64,000 nucleotides of DNA from an uncultured delta proteobacterium (lineage in GTDB: Bacteria > Desulfobacterota > Binatia > Binatales > Binataceae): positions 192,001-256,000 of the forward strand of contig CAWJET010000002.1 in NCBI GenBank assembly GCA_963842085.1. Reading direction: 5' to 3'. Shown here one piece after another: positions 38,424 through 48,916 of the stretch; within the stretch, counting starts at the first letter, position 1; every line of letters begins with the position of its first letter. Below the pieces are notes generated by a model that saw nothing but the letters and a program-made list of their open reading frames with translations, was not told the origin of the DNA and did not search any database. Position numbers and translations under genes: made by a program.

Positions 38424-38948
38424 CTAGCGGGTATTCGCTTCGGTCGGGGTGCCTGCTACCTGCGCCTGCGCCGGCGGCTGCGAGCCGCCGGTGCTCGCAC
38501 CAATCGAGATGATCATCATCCCCTGTTCGTAGCGCGGTCCGCCGACAATCAGCGTTCCGTTGTTCCTAAGCTTGAGATCGGTGGTCATCATCGGGCGCGT
38601 GCCGTCGAACAGCACAATCTCCATCGCGATCATGTCGCCGTCGATGGCGCGCGGCTGCACGTGGAGAATCTTGCCGCCGGGCAGCGTGAACGCAATCATC
38701 TTGCCGCAGGAAGTTTGCCCCTCGTTGTGACCGATCAAGTTGTAAGTCGAAAAGCCGAACAAGCGTCGCAACTTCTGGTTCATCGGACCCAGCCGCGGGT
38801 CGGTTCCCTCGTTGGTGTCAGCCGCCATCACCGAGTCAATATAAACGGTCACCTGCCTGGGCGCCTTCTGGGCGTAAGCAATGCTTTGCACTCCGAAGGC
38901 CGTGATTGCGATGATGAGGAAGGCGAGACTACCGGGGCGCAAAGTCAT
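38424..38948 (-). CDS. Exported hypothetical protein, third gene of the ECF operon
   Basis: Signal peptide ending AYA; directly after the anti-sigma gene. Confidence 0.75.
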   Translation of the reverse strand: MTLRPGSLAFLIIAITAFGVQSIAYAQKAPRQVTVYIDSVMAADTNEGTDPRLGPMNQKLRRLFGFSTYNLIGHNEGQTSCGKMIAFTLPGGKILHVQPRAIDGDMIAMEIVLFDGTRPMMTTDLKLRNNGTLIVGGPRYEQGMMIISIGASTGGSQPPAQAQVAGTPTEANTR

Positions 38949-38954
38949 GGCGAC

Positions 38955-39533
38955 CTAGGGCTGATCCGGTAGCCAAATGACCGTCGTGTCCTCGCGAGGT
39001 TCGCTCCAGACTGCGACCGAGCCATTCTCCGACTCGAGTCGCGAGATGTCGGCATGAGAATCGTTGTCCGCCATCGTCGGCTCGTCGGCCGTTGCGATTT
39101 GGTTTGCTCCCGGGACGGCTCCCTGCTCTGCCGCGGCCATCGAAGGAGTCGAATGCGGCCCTCGATTGGCAAACTGCTCGGCGTACGGCGTCATCAGGAT
39201 TATCGTCAAGACGGCGACTGCCGCGACTGCACCGCCCCACGCAAGGCCCGAACCGACAGAATCCACCTGCCGCCTGAAGAACCGCGCGATTCTCGTCGGC
39301 ACCGGCTGCGGCAGACGATCAATGCGAGCAACTACCGCGCTCGAGAAGCTCGCCAGTGCGGGCTCGGTCGCAACCGCTCTGAGCTCGCGTCCGAGCGTTG
39401 AGTAATCGGCCAGGATGCCGGTGCAGGACTCGCATCGCGCCAGGTGAAAGGCGACTTCCTGCATCTCGTTGGGCTCGAGTTCGGAATCCTCGAACGCGCC
39501 GAGCATCATACTTATTTCGCCGCATTCAGCCAT
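38955..39533 (-). CDS. Zinc-finger (zf-HC2) transmembrane anti-sigma factor
   Basis: HLARCESC motif and single TM; downstream of the ECF sigma. Confidence 0.9.
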   Translation of the reverse strand: MAECGEISMMLGAFEDSELEPNEMQEVAFHLARCESCTGILADYSTLGRELRAVATEPALASFSSAVVARIDRLPQPVPTRIARFFRRQVDSVGSGLAWGGAVAAVAVLTIILMTPYAEQFANRGPHSTPSMAAAEQGAVPGANQIATADEPTMADNDSHADISRLESENGSVAVWSEPREDTTVIWLPDQP

Positions 39534-39540
39534 TTCTTGC

Positions 39541-40119
39541 TCAGCTCCCGGCCAGGTCCTTCAGGATGTTACGCAGATGCGTTCGTGCGTAGTGCAGCCT
39601 GCTCATGACCGTACCTCTTGGACACTGCAGAACCTCGCTAATTTCGTCGTACGACATCCCTTCGACTTCGCGTAAAAGTATCACTGCACGATGTTCTGGC
39701 GTCAACTCCTCCAGCGCTTGCTTTAGCCGTGCTGAGAGTTCACTGCGGCTGACTTCCTTGAACGAGTCTCCGTGGCTGGTCGGCAGCTTGCCAATTTCGC
39801 TGTCGGCATCGTCTCCATGCAGGACCACATGGCGTCCCTCGCGGCGCCAGAAATCAATCGCGAGGTTGGCCGCGATTCGATAGAGCCAGGTCGAGAAGCT
39901 CGAGCGCGATTCGAACTTCGACAGGTTCTCGAACGCGCGAACAAATGTCTCCTGCGCCAGTTCAATCGCGTCATCCTGGTTATGTACCACCGCCAGCGCC
40001 ACGCCGACGACCCGGCGCTGGTAACGTTCCACCAAAACGCCAAATGCCGCCGAGTCGCCCTTACGGGAGCGCTCGATTAGCTCGGCTTCATCACCGTCCT
40101 GGCGGCCTGGTGTTCTCAA
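39541..40119 (-). CDS. ECF (RpoE-like) RNA polymerase sigma factor
   Basis: AQETF, FSTWLYRIAAN and SYDEIS..GTVMSRL motifs. Confidence 0.95.
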   Translation of the reverse strand: MRTPGRQDGDEAELIERSRKGDSAAFGVLVERYQRRVVGVALAVVHNQDDAIELAQETFVRAFENLSKFESRSSFSTWLYRIAANLAIDFWRREGRHVVLHGDDADSEIGKLPTSHGDSFKEVSRSELSARLKQALEELTPEHRAVILLREVEGMSYDEISEVLQCPRGTVMSRLHYARTHLRNILKDLAGS

Positions 40120-40162
40120 CTTGAGTAGACGGAGGGGCGGGGGACTAAATTCAGCGAATTTT

Positions 40163-42757
40163 TCATACCGCGCTGCTCATCTCGGCCCAGTTTGGACCGG
40201 ATTTCAGCTCCACCTTCAGCGGAATTTTGAGTTCGGCCACCCCCTCCATTTCGCGTTTTGCCAGCGCCGCCGCCTCTTGCCACTCCTCTTTCGGCGCTTC
40301 CAGTAGTAGCTCGTCATGCACCTGGAGAATCATCTGTGCGCCGAGCGGCCGCGCTCGTAGCGCCCTATCTAACCTTATCATAGCGAGCTTTATCAGGTCC
40401 GCCGCGGTGCCCTGAATGGGTGTATTGATTGCGATTCGCTCCGCCTGCGCCCGGGCCCCACCCGGCTGCGCGTTGAGTTCGGGCAGATAACGGCGCCGCC
40501 CGTACATCGTCGTCACGTAGCCCGTCGTACGCGCGATGCGTACCGTCTCGTCCAGCCATGCGCGCACGCCCGGCAGCCGCTCGAAGTAGCGCTTGATGTA
40601 GTCCGAGGCTTCCGTCAGCGCAATCCCGAGCTCGCCGGCCAGCCGCTGCGGGCCCATTCCGTAGATGATCCCGAAGTTTATCACCTTGGCCAGCCGCCGC
40701 GCCTCGGCATTGACCTTGTCCGGCGTGATTCCCAGCACCTCGGTCGCGGTCCGGATGTGAATGTCCTCGCCGGTCTTGAACGCATCGACCAGCGTCTTGT
40801 CGCCCGACAAATGAGCCAGCACGCGCAGATCGATCTGGGAATAGTCGGCGGACACGAAGATGCATCCCGGCTTTGGCACGAACGCCCGGCGAATCCGCCG
40901 TCCTTCGACGCTGCGGGTCGGGATGTTCTGCAGATTCGGATCGCTCGAGCTGACGCGCCCGGTCGGCACCAGCGCCTGATGCCAGGTTGTGTGGATGCGC
41001 CCGGTGCCCGAGCGGATCACCTCGGCCAACGCGTCGGCGTAAGTGGATTTCAATTTCGAAATGGTGCGGTACTCGATCAGCTTGCGCGGCAGTGGATGCA
41101 CCGCCGCGAGCTTTTCGAGCGTATCGGCATCGGTCGAAAATCCGCTCTTGGTTTTTTTCAGACCCTTGGCCGACAGCTTCAGGCCGGTGAACAGCACCTC
41201 GCGCAACTGCGTCGGCGAGTTGAGGTTGAACTCGTGGCCCGCCAACTCGTAACACTCGCGTTCCAGCCGATTCATCTGCTCGGCAAATTCCTTCGAGATG
41301 ACCTTGAGCGCGTCGCCGTCGATCCCGATTCCCACGGCTTCCATCGCGGCCAGGATCGGTGCGATGGGCATCTCGATCTCGTTGTACATCGAAGTGAGGC
41401 CATCGGCTTCCAGACGGGTCGCCAGAGCTTCGCGAAGATTTCTCACCAGGTCCGCGTTGGTACCCGGCGGACCGCTTGCGCCCAGCGGCGCCAGGTATTC
41501 GTGATACAGATCGGTCAGCGACGGCTCCCCTTGTCCCGAATTGATCAGAAAGCCCGCCAGCATCGTGTCGAAGTCGACGCCTGTGAGCGTGATTCCGTGC
41601 CGCGCGAACGCCGCGATTTGATTCTTCAGATCGTGGCACGACTTGGGCGGCCGCTCGGAGCTGAGTAGAGGCGCCGCGCTTGCAATCGCGTCGTGCTCGA
41701 CAACGATGGTTTGGTCGGCGCCGGCGAGCTGCAACGTGTCCCGGCCAGCGTCAGACGTGGTGAGATCGACTGCGATTCGAGTCGCGGTTGCAAAAGTCTT
41801 CAACGCCTCCGCGAGATCGTTTCCGCTGACGACGGGCGCGGGCTTAGCATCCGCCGCGAGGCCGGGCAGGTCCACCTGCGACGGCGAGATCTCGCGCAGG
41901 ATCGAATGGAACTCCAGCTCGCGCAGCAGTTCCGCGGCGGCGCGCTCGTCCACGCCCTGCCACGCGAATTCGTCGGGCTCGACTCTCAGCGGCACGTCGG
42001 TCTCGATGCGCACCAATTTTCGCGCCAGATCTGCGGCCGCGCGATGCTCGGCGAGCAGGCCCGCGACCTTCTTCGCGCCGCGAATCCCGGCTTCCTCGAT
42101 ATGATCGAGGTTCTCATAAATTCCTTTTACACTGCCGAACTTCTGAACCAGCGCCGCCGCCGTTTTCTCGCCGACACCCGGCACACCTTTGATGTTGTCG
42201 ATCGTGTCCCCCGTGAGCGCCTGGATATCGACCAGCGCGGCCGGCTCGACGCCGAAGCGCTCGCGCACCTCGCGCACCCCGATTCGCCGATCGCGCATCG
42301 TGTCCCACAGCGTGACGTGCGGGCCGACCAACTGCATGAAGTCCTTGTCCGCCGTAACGATCGTGACGATGAAATGTTCGTGCGCCGCGCGTTTGGCCAG
42401 CGTGCCGATCACGTCGTCGGCCTCGAATCCGTCGAGCATCAGCGACTTGATCCGAAACGCTTCGACCGCGCGATGGATATACGGAATCTGCACGATCAGA
42501 TCGTTGGGCGCCTCGGCGCGATTGGCCTTGTATTCGGCAAACAGGTCGTCGCGAAAAGTTTTCTTCGGCGAGTCGAAGACGATCGCGATATGCGATGGGC
42601 GCACGTCCTTCAGCAGCTTCAACAGCATCCGGATGAAGCCGTACACCGCGTGGGTCGGCAGCCCGCGCGACGTATTCATCGGCGGCAGCGCATGAAACGC
42701 GCGGAAGATGTACCCGGAGCCGTCGACGAGGATCAGTTGTTTGCGTTCTGCGGCCAT
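40163..42757 (-). CDS. polA: DNA polymerase I
   Basis: 5'-3' exonuclease (LVDGS..FRAF, EADDVIG); polymerase motifs SSSDPNLQNIP, DYSQI and QVHDEL. Confidence 0.98.
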   Translation of the reverse strand: MAAERKQLILVDGSGYIFRAFHALPPMNTSRGLPTHAVYGFIRMLLKLLKDVRPSHIAIVFDSPKKTFRDDLFAEYKANRAEAPNDLIVQIPYIHRAVEAFRIKSLMLDGFEADDVIGTLAKRAAHEHFIVTIVTADKDFMQLVGPHVTLWDTMRDRRIGVREVRERFGVEPAALVDIQALTGDTIDNIKGVPGVGEKTAAALVQKFGSVKGIYENLDHIEEAGIRGAKKVAGLLAEHRAAADLARKLVRIETDVPLRVEPDEFAWQGVDERAAAELLRELEFHSILREISPSQVDLPGLAADAKPAPVVSGNDLAEALKTFATATRIAVDLTTSDAGRDTLQLAGADQTIVVEHDAIASAAPLLSSERPPKSCHDLKNQIAAFARHGITLTGVDFDTMLAGFLINSGQGEPSLTDLYHEYLAPLGASGPPGTNADLVRNLREALATRLEADGLTSMYNEIEMPIAPILAAMEAVGIGIDGDALKVISKEFAEQMNRLERECYELAGHEFNLNSPTQLREVLFTGLKLSAKGLKKTKSGFSTDADTLEKLAAVHPLPRKLIEYRTISKLKSTYADALAEVIRSGTGRIHTTWHQALVPTGRVSSSDPNLQNIPTRSVEGRRIRRAFVPKPGCIFVSADYSQIDLRVLAHLSGDKTLVDAFKTGEDIHIRTATEVLGITPDKVNAEARRLAKVINFGIIYGMGPQRLAGELGIALTEASDYIKRYFERLPGVRAWLDETVRIARTTGYVTTMYGRRRYLPELNAQPGGARAQAERIAINTPIQGTAADLIKLAMIRLDRALRARPLGAQMILQVHDELLLEAPKEEWQEAAALAKREMEGVAELKIPLKVELKSGPNWAEMSSAV

Positions 42758-42841
42758 CAGTCGAAGCTATCCGATACGGTTCTCAAAGCGAAAGCACCGA
42801 GAAAGCAAACCGAAAAACATGCCCGATGTCCGGCCGTCGTA

Positions 42842-42870
42842 TTGACAGCATCCCCTGGCGTGTTTAATTA
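42842..42870 (+). promoter_or_regulatory. Putative sigma70 promoter for the ABC operon
   Basis: TTGACA at 42842-42847 and AT-rich TTTAATTA at 42863-42870, in a divergent intergenic region. Confidence 0.4.
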
Positions 42871-42972
42871 GTCGGTTGCTCTTTGATTGATCGAATTGCC
42901 GGGCAGGTCACTTCGTCAATTGAAACTGAACCCGCCATGCCATCTTGGTGCCTCTGGAATCGGACGGTGTGA

Positions 42973-43740
<768 letters not shown>

Positions 43741-43758
43741 GATACCCGTACCGCTCGA

Positions 43759-44532
43759 ATGAAGAATTCTCTGACAATCGCGGGCAAGGAGCTTGCGGGC
43801 TATTTTCTGCAGCCGGTCGCCTACGTCGTGATGACGGTGTTCCTGCTGCTGGGCGGCTTCTTCTTCTTTGCGCTGCTGCGCTATTTCGATGTGATGCTGA
43901 CCGCCTATGCCGCGATGCAGAATCCCGAGGTCTTGCAGCACCTCAATCTCAACCAGCGGGTAATCGAACCGATGCTGCACAACCTGGCGATTGTGCTCGT
44001 CATCCTGGTGCCGGCGATCACGATGCGAAGCTTTGCCGAGGAGAAGCGCACCGGCACCTACGAACTTCTGCTGACCGCACCCATCCGGACCGGCGAGATC
44101 GTCGCGGGAAAGTTTATCGCGGCCGCGGCTTTCGTGCTGATCATGATCGGCCTGGCCGGCATGTTTCCGTTGATCCTCGTGGCCTTCGGCAACCCGGAGG
44201 TCGGCGTGATGTTCTCCGGCTACCTCGGGCTGGCGTTCGTGGCGGTCTCGTTCGTTTCGATAGGATTATTCACCAGCTCGCTGACCCAGAATCAAATCAT
44301 CGCGGCGATCAGTTGCTTCGGCCTGCTGCTGCTGCTGTTCGTCATCTCGTGGCCGGCGCAGGCCGGCGGGACGTCGCTGGTGGGCCTGATGCGCTATTTA
44401 TCGCTGCCGGATCATTTCGCCCAGATGGTCACCGGCATCATCGATACGCGCGACATCGTTTATTTCCTGAGTCTCATTTTCGTGGCGCTGTTTCTGACCC
44501 AACGCTCGGTCGAGTCGGCGCGCTGGCGGTGA
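43759..44532 (+). CDS. ABC-2 permease (GldF-like)
   Basis: TMRSFAEEKRTGTYELLLTAP, ~6 TM. Confidence 0.92.
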   Translation: MKNSLTIAGKELAGYFLQPVAYVVMTVFLLLGGFFFFALLRYFDVMLTAYAAMQNPEVLQHLNLNQRVIEPMLHNLAIVLVILVPAITMRSFAEEKRTGTYELLLTAPIRTGEIVAGKFIAAAAFVLIMIGLAGMFPLILVAFGNPEVGVMFSGYLGLAFVAVSFVSIGLFTSSLTQNQIIAAISCFGLLLLLFVISWPAQAGGTSLVGLMRYLSLPDHFAQMVTGIIDTRDIVYFLSLIFVALFLTQRSVESARWR

Positions 44533-44545
44533 GGTAGAGGGGCGG

Positions 44546-46108
44546 ATGCGGCGATCGGCGACGCTTTACGGACTTCTCGGCCTGGTCCTGCTGTCATTCG
44601 GGCTGGTTGACTATTTCATCTCGAGCGGCTTTCGGCTGTTCGTGTGGGTCAACCTGGCCGGCGGCATCTTCGCGATTGTCCTGTGGATCACGTCGAGCCG
44701 CTCCGAACTTTCCTTGATCGCGAGCGGACGCTCGGCGCGCTACGGCGCCAACGCCGCCATCTACTCGGTTGGATTCGTCGGGCTACTGGTCGCGATTAAC
44801 TATATCTCGACGCTGCACCATACGCGGCTGGACCTGACGGCCGAGAAAGTCTACAGCCTGTCGAGCCAGTCGGTGAAGGTGGTCAAGGGACTGCAGAAGC
44901 CGCTCAAGTTGTACGGCTTCTTCCAGGGCGGCGATAATCCCGCCGCGCGCGAGCTCTACGACACTTACGCCTACTACTCGCCCAAGCTCACTTACGAGAT
45001 GGTCGATCCCGACAAGCATCCCGAGCTTGCCGAGCGTTTCAAGGTCTCGGTGATGGGCACCACGCATCTGCAGTACGGCGGCGACAACGGTGAAGGCATC
45101 AACGTCACCGAGCTGGGCGAGGAAGCGCTGACCAACGCGATCATTCGCGTGACCAAAAGCAGCAAGAAGGTGATCGAGTTCCTCGACGGGCACGGCGAGG
45201 CCGATCCCGACGATGCCGAAAACCCGACCGGCTACGGCATCATCAAGAAGGACTTGGAAGGCGAGGGCTACGAGGTGCGCAAGCTCGAGCTCGCGCAACT
45301 GCCCAAGGTGCCCGATGACGCGAACCTGGTCGTGATCGCGGGACCGATCAAGCCGCTCGGCCAGCACGAGATCGACGCGTTGAACGACTACCTCAAGCAT
45401 GGCGGGCGCATGATCGCGATGTACCGGCCGCAGCGCCCCGACAATCCAATCGACGAAGACGCGATGGTGAAGCTGGCGGCCGACTGGGGGGTCAAGGTCG
45501 GCAACGATATCGTGGTCGACCAGGTGGTGCGGCTGTTCGAAGGTCCCGCGCTCGGGCTCAATCCTATAGTGCAGACTTACGGCGAGAGTCCGATCACCAA
45601 GGATTTCAAGCAGCGCACAGTATTCCCGATGACGCGATCGCTCAGCGCCGAACCCAATCTGAAAGCGGGACTGGCGGTCACGCCGGTGGCGAAGACCAGC
45701 GATACGTCGTGGGCGGAGGTCGATCTCGACACGCTGTTCCGGCAGCAGAAGGCCGAGCTGACCGCCAAGGACACCCGCGGGCCGATCACGGTGGTGATGG
45801 CGGTGGACGGCAACCTCGAGCAACTCGGCTGGGGCAAGGGCGACGCGCGGATCGTGGTGTACGGCAGCACCGAGTTTGCCGACAATCAGTACGCGAGCAC
45901 GTTTTTCAACCGCGACTTTTTCGTCAACAGCGCAGACTGGCTGACCGGCGAGGAAAATTCGATCTCGATCAGGCCGCGGTCGCTGCGGGCGTCGCGCTTT
46001 CGCCTGACCGAGGGGCAGTTCTCGATCGTATTTGCGTTCTCGGTGCTGCTGCTGCCGGAGATGCTGCTGATTGCGGGGATCGTTGTGTGGTGGGAACGGC
46101 GCAACTGA
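44546..46108 (+). CDS. GldG-family ABC-associated periplasmic component
   Basis: RLDLTAEKVYSLS, FLDGHGE and GGR motifs; C-terminal TM ending WWERR. Confidence 0.9.
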   Translation: MRRSATLYGLLGLVLLSFGLVDYFISSGFRLFVWVNLAGGIFAIVLWITSSRSELSLIASGRSARYGANAAIYSVGFVGLLVAINYISTLHHTRLDLTAEKVYSLSSQSVKVVKGLQKPLKLYGFFQGGDNPAARELYDTYAYYSPKLTYEMVDPDKHPELAERFKVSVMGTTHLQYGGDNGEGINVTELGEEALTNAIIRVTKSSKKVIEFLDGHGEADPDDAENPTGYGIIKKDLEGEGYEVRKLELAQLPKVPDDANLVVIAGPIKPLGQHEIDALNDYLKHGGRMIAMYRPQRPDNPIDEDAMVKLAADWGVKVGNDIVVDQVVRLFEGPALGLNPIVQTYGESPITKDFKQRTVFPMTRSLSAEPNLKAGLAVTPVAKTSDTSWAEVDLDTLFRQQKAELTAKDTRGPITVVMAVDGNLEQLGWGKGDARIVVYGSTEFADNQYASTFFNRDFFVNSADWLTGEENSISIRPRSLRASRFRLTEGQFSIVFAFSVLLLPEMLLIAGIVVWWERRN

Positions 46109-46137
46109 GGCGTCGCGCGACTGCGACTTGAGCTCCG

Positions 46138-47565
46138 ATGCGGCTGCGTAACACCATTATCGTTCTGGTCCTGTTCGCGATCGTGGGCGGCTACGCCTTT
46201 ATCGTCGGCCGTTATTCCGAGCCGGAGGCGAAGCAGAAGCTGATCGACGTCAAGCAGGACGACATCGCGAAAATCGAACTCCGCTATTCCGACCGCGACA
46301 TCGTGCTCGAGCGCGACAAGAGCAAGCCGTGGCGGCTGGTCAAGCCTATCGGCGCCGACGCCGACCAGACGCAAGCCAACAACCTCGCGCGCGCGATTGC
46401 CGACGGCGTGATGGTCCGCACGGTGGATGGGAAGCCGGCCGATCTGGCGCCATTCGGGCTCAAGACGCCGACCACCACCGTCACGGTCACGACCTTCGAC
46501 AAGAAAACATTGCCCTCGATCGAAGTTGGGAAATCGACGCCGATCGGGTTCAACGCATACGTCCGGCTCAGCAACAGTCCGGCGGTGCTGCTGACCGAAG
46601 GCGTGTTCTCGGCCGGGATGAACAAGACGGTCAACGACCTGCGCGCGCGCGACCTGATGGCATTCAAGATCGACGACGTCAAAAAGCTGATCATCGCCCG
46701 CGAGAACGGGCAGACGATGGAAATCGATCGCGACGGCGACAATTGGAAAATGGTCAAGCCCGGCCCGTACCTGGCCGACGACACGGCGGTGCGGTCGGCG
46801 TTGAGCACGCTGGTCAACGCAAGGGCGACCGACTTCGTGTCGGACGCGCCCAGCAGCGTCGCGCAATACGGGCTCGAGAAGCCGCATCTGACGGCGACGG
46901 TGGTGCTCAACAACGGCGGGCAGCAATCGATGCTGTTCGGCTTCAAGCAGAACGGGGAGGGCAAGAGCGGAATTTACGTGCGCCGCGGAGAGCGCGCGCC
47001 GGTTTACGCCGTGGCCGAATACGTGATGACCAGCCTGGACAAGTCGCCGCTGGATTTTCGCGACAAGACGATCGTGAAGGTCGAGCCGGAGTCGGTCGAG
47101 ACGGTCAAGGTCAAAACCAGCGAGGGCGAGTTCACGCTCAAGCGCGCTCCGGTCGGCAAATGGGACGTGGTAGTTGACGGCAAGACGTCGGCGGGGGATG
47201 TGCTGGTGGTCGAGCGGCTGCTCCAGCAGTTCCGCGATCTCAAAGGCAACTCGATAGTCGCCGATCCGATGCCAAGCGCTCAGCCGTTCGGGCTGGACAA
47301 TCCGGCGGTCGAAATTACCCTGACCGGCAAGGACGGCAAGGAGCTGGGCGCGGTCAAGCTCGGCAAGATCAGCATCAAGGAGACGACCCCGCCGATCCCC
47401 GGCGAGCCGGCGGGACCGCGGACGGAGTACTATGCGGCGTCAGGCGCGGGCAAAGCGGTGTACTCGATGAGCGATTTCAGTTTCGCGCAATTGAACCGGC
47501 CCGCGCTGCTGTACATGGCAAAGCCGCCCGCCGCGGCGCCGTCGTCGTCGTCGCCAGCGAAGTAG
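46138..47565 (+). CDS. DUF4340 domain protein (tandem copies)
   Basis: N-terminal TM; three repeats of W...P..AD/..(F/Y)GL..P; typical partner of GldG-type ABC systems. Confidence 0.85.
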   Translation: MRLRNTIIVLVLFAIVGGYAFIVGRYSEPEAKQKLIDVKQDDIAKIELRYSDRDIVLERDKSKPWRLVKPIGADADQTQANNLARAIADGVMVRTVDGKPADLAPFGLKTPTTTVTVTTFDKKTLPSIEVGKSTPIGFNAYVRLSNSPAVLLTEGVFSAGMNKTVNDLRARDLMAFKIDDVKKLIIARENGQTMEIDRDGDNWKMVKPGPYLADDTAVRSALSTLVNARATDFVSDAPSSVAQYGLEKPHLTATVVLNNGGQQSMLFGFKQNGEGKSGIYVRRGERAPVYAVAEYVMTSLDKSPLDFRDKTIVKVEPESVETVKVKTSEGEFTLKRAPVGKWDVVVDGKTSAGDVLVVERLLQQFRDLKGNSIVADPMPSAQPFGLDNPAVEITLTGKDGKELGAVKLGKISIKETTPPIPGEPAGPRTEYYAASGAGKAVYSMSDFSFAQLNRPALLYMAKPPAAAPSSSSPAK

Positions 47566-47571
47566 CGGGTG

Positions 47572-47964
47572 TCAGGTTTCGGCGATTACGTGGGCGATTG
47601 CCTGGGCGGCGGTATGGGTGATGCTCAGGTGAAAGCGCGTGATCTGTTTGCGCTGCGCGAAGGCGGCGGCCTTGCCCGATAGCGCGATGGTCGGCGCTTT
47701 GCCGCGCTCGCGCACGACCTCTATCTCGCTCCATCCGACGTTGCGGTTCCATCCCGTGCCGAGCGCTTTCATGGTCGCTTCCTTGGCGGCGAAGCGCGCG
47801 GCGTAGCTCTGGTAGCGGGGACGGCCGCGCGACTCGCAGTACTTGACCTCGCCCGCGGTGAAGACGCGTGCGCGGAAACGATTGCCGGTTAAGGGCCGCG
47901 TGAGGGCGCGCTCGATGCGCTCGACCTCGATGACGTCGATCCCGGTGCCTGCGATCTGGCCCAT
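47572..47964 (-). CDS. acpS: Holo-[acyl-carrier-protein] synthase
   Basis: GIDVIE, ARFAAKEA.MKALGTG and LSITH motifs. Confidence 0.96.
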   Translation of the reverse strand: MGQIAGTGIDVIEVERIERALTRPLTGNRFRARVFTAGEVKYCESRGRPRYQSYAARFAAKEATMKALGTGWNRNVGWSEIEVVRERGKAPTIALSGKAAAFAQRKQITRFHLSITHTAAQAIAHVIAET

Positions 47965-48084
47965 CGCGAATGAGTATTAGCCGCGGTGCGAGCGGATTCA
48001 ATTGCGCGCGCAATACAGAGCGATTGAATGCTTGCGGGGCGCAGAGTGCGGATTCTATTCTTCATCAGCGGAACGGAGGTAGCG

Positions 48085-48315
48085 ATGGCGAAGCTTTCGA
48101 TCACAGTGAACAAGACGCGATGCATCGGCAGCGGCGACTGCGTGGAGACAGCGCCTGCCGTGTTTCAACTCGGCGCAGACGGCAAGTCCGAGGTCGTCAA
48201 CGCGTCGGGGGCCGGCGACTCGATAATTGTCTCGGCGGCGCGTTCGTGTCCGGTCAAGGCGATCACGGTGGTTGACGAAGCCGGGGTGCAGCTCTTTCCG
48301 CCGCCGAAGAAGTAG
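48085..48315 (+). CDS. Ferredoxin (3Fe-4S type)
   Basis: CIGSGDC...AP.VF...CP; GGAGG SD. Confidence 0.9.
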   Translation: MAKLSITVNKTRCIGSGDCVETAPAVFQLGADGKSEVVNASGAGDSIIVSAARSCPVKAITVVDEAGVQLFPPPKK

Positions 48316-48330
48316 CGCGCAGATTGCGCC

Positions 48331-48822
48331 ATGACGATACGCAGGCATCGCGCGGGCGAACTCGTAATCGAGCAGACACGCGACCTCGCGCGGGTGCGCA
48401 AGCTGCTTGCGCGGGCCGGGATGATGACGGCGGGAATCGAATGGCCGGCCGCCTGTTACATCGTCGCGTACGTCGGCGACGAGGCAGTCGGAATGATAGG
48501 AGTCGAGTCGAAGATCGACGCGGCGTTGATACGCTCGCTGTACGTGGATGAATCCATGCGCCGGCGCGGAATCGGCGGCGCGTTGGTCGCGGCGGCGCGC
48601 AAGGCTGCGCATACGCGCGGCGCGCGGCATCTGTACTTGTTCAGCACCGACGCGGGTGAGTTCTTCGCGCGGCACGGTTTCACGGCGGTCGCGGTTGTCG
48701 ATGTTATCGCGGCAATTCCGGGTGTGCCTCAGGTCGAATACTATCGCGCGCGGCCCGAGGAGCTTGCGCGCGAGGCCGCGTACCATCTGGATATCTCGGG
48801 CGATGGAGTGATCGAGAGGTAA
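48331..48822 (+). CDS. GNAT N-acetyltransferase (ArsN2-like)
   Basis: LIRSLYVDESMRRRGIG and AGEFFARHGF motifs. Confidence 0.88.
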   Translation: MTIRRHRAGELVIEQTRDLARVRKLLARAGMMTAGIEWPAACYIVAYVGDEAVGMIGVESKIDAALIRSLYVDESMRRRGIGGALVAAARKAAHTRGARHLYLFSTDAGEFFARHGFTAVAVVDVIAAIPGVPQVEYYRARPEELAREAAYHLDISGDGVIER

Positions 48823-48872
48823 CTTAACTTGCGTCGAGGGAGGTGAACAGTCGAGTTTTGGGTGGATGCGCG

Positions 48873-48916
48873 GCAGAACCCTCACCTAACCTCTCCCGTG
48901 AAGTAACGGGCGAGGG
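48873..48916. repeat. REP-like repeat, copy B (CCCTCACCTAACCTCTCCC..GGGCGAGGG type)
   Basis: Shares GCAGAACCCTCAC and GTGAAGTAACGGGCGA with 29923-29985; overlaps the stop of the rhodanese-CBS ORF. Confidence 0.65.

Noticed and set aside
41400-41850. Degenerate 3'-5' exonuclease domain of PolA
   Set aside because: Loss of proofreading residues in Pol I is common in many bacterial lineages.
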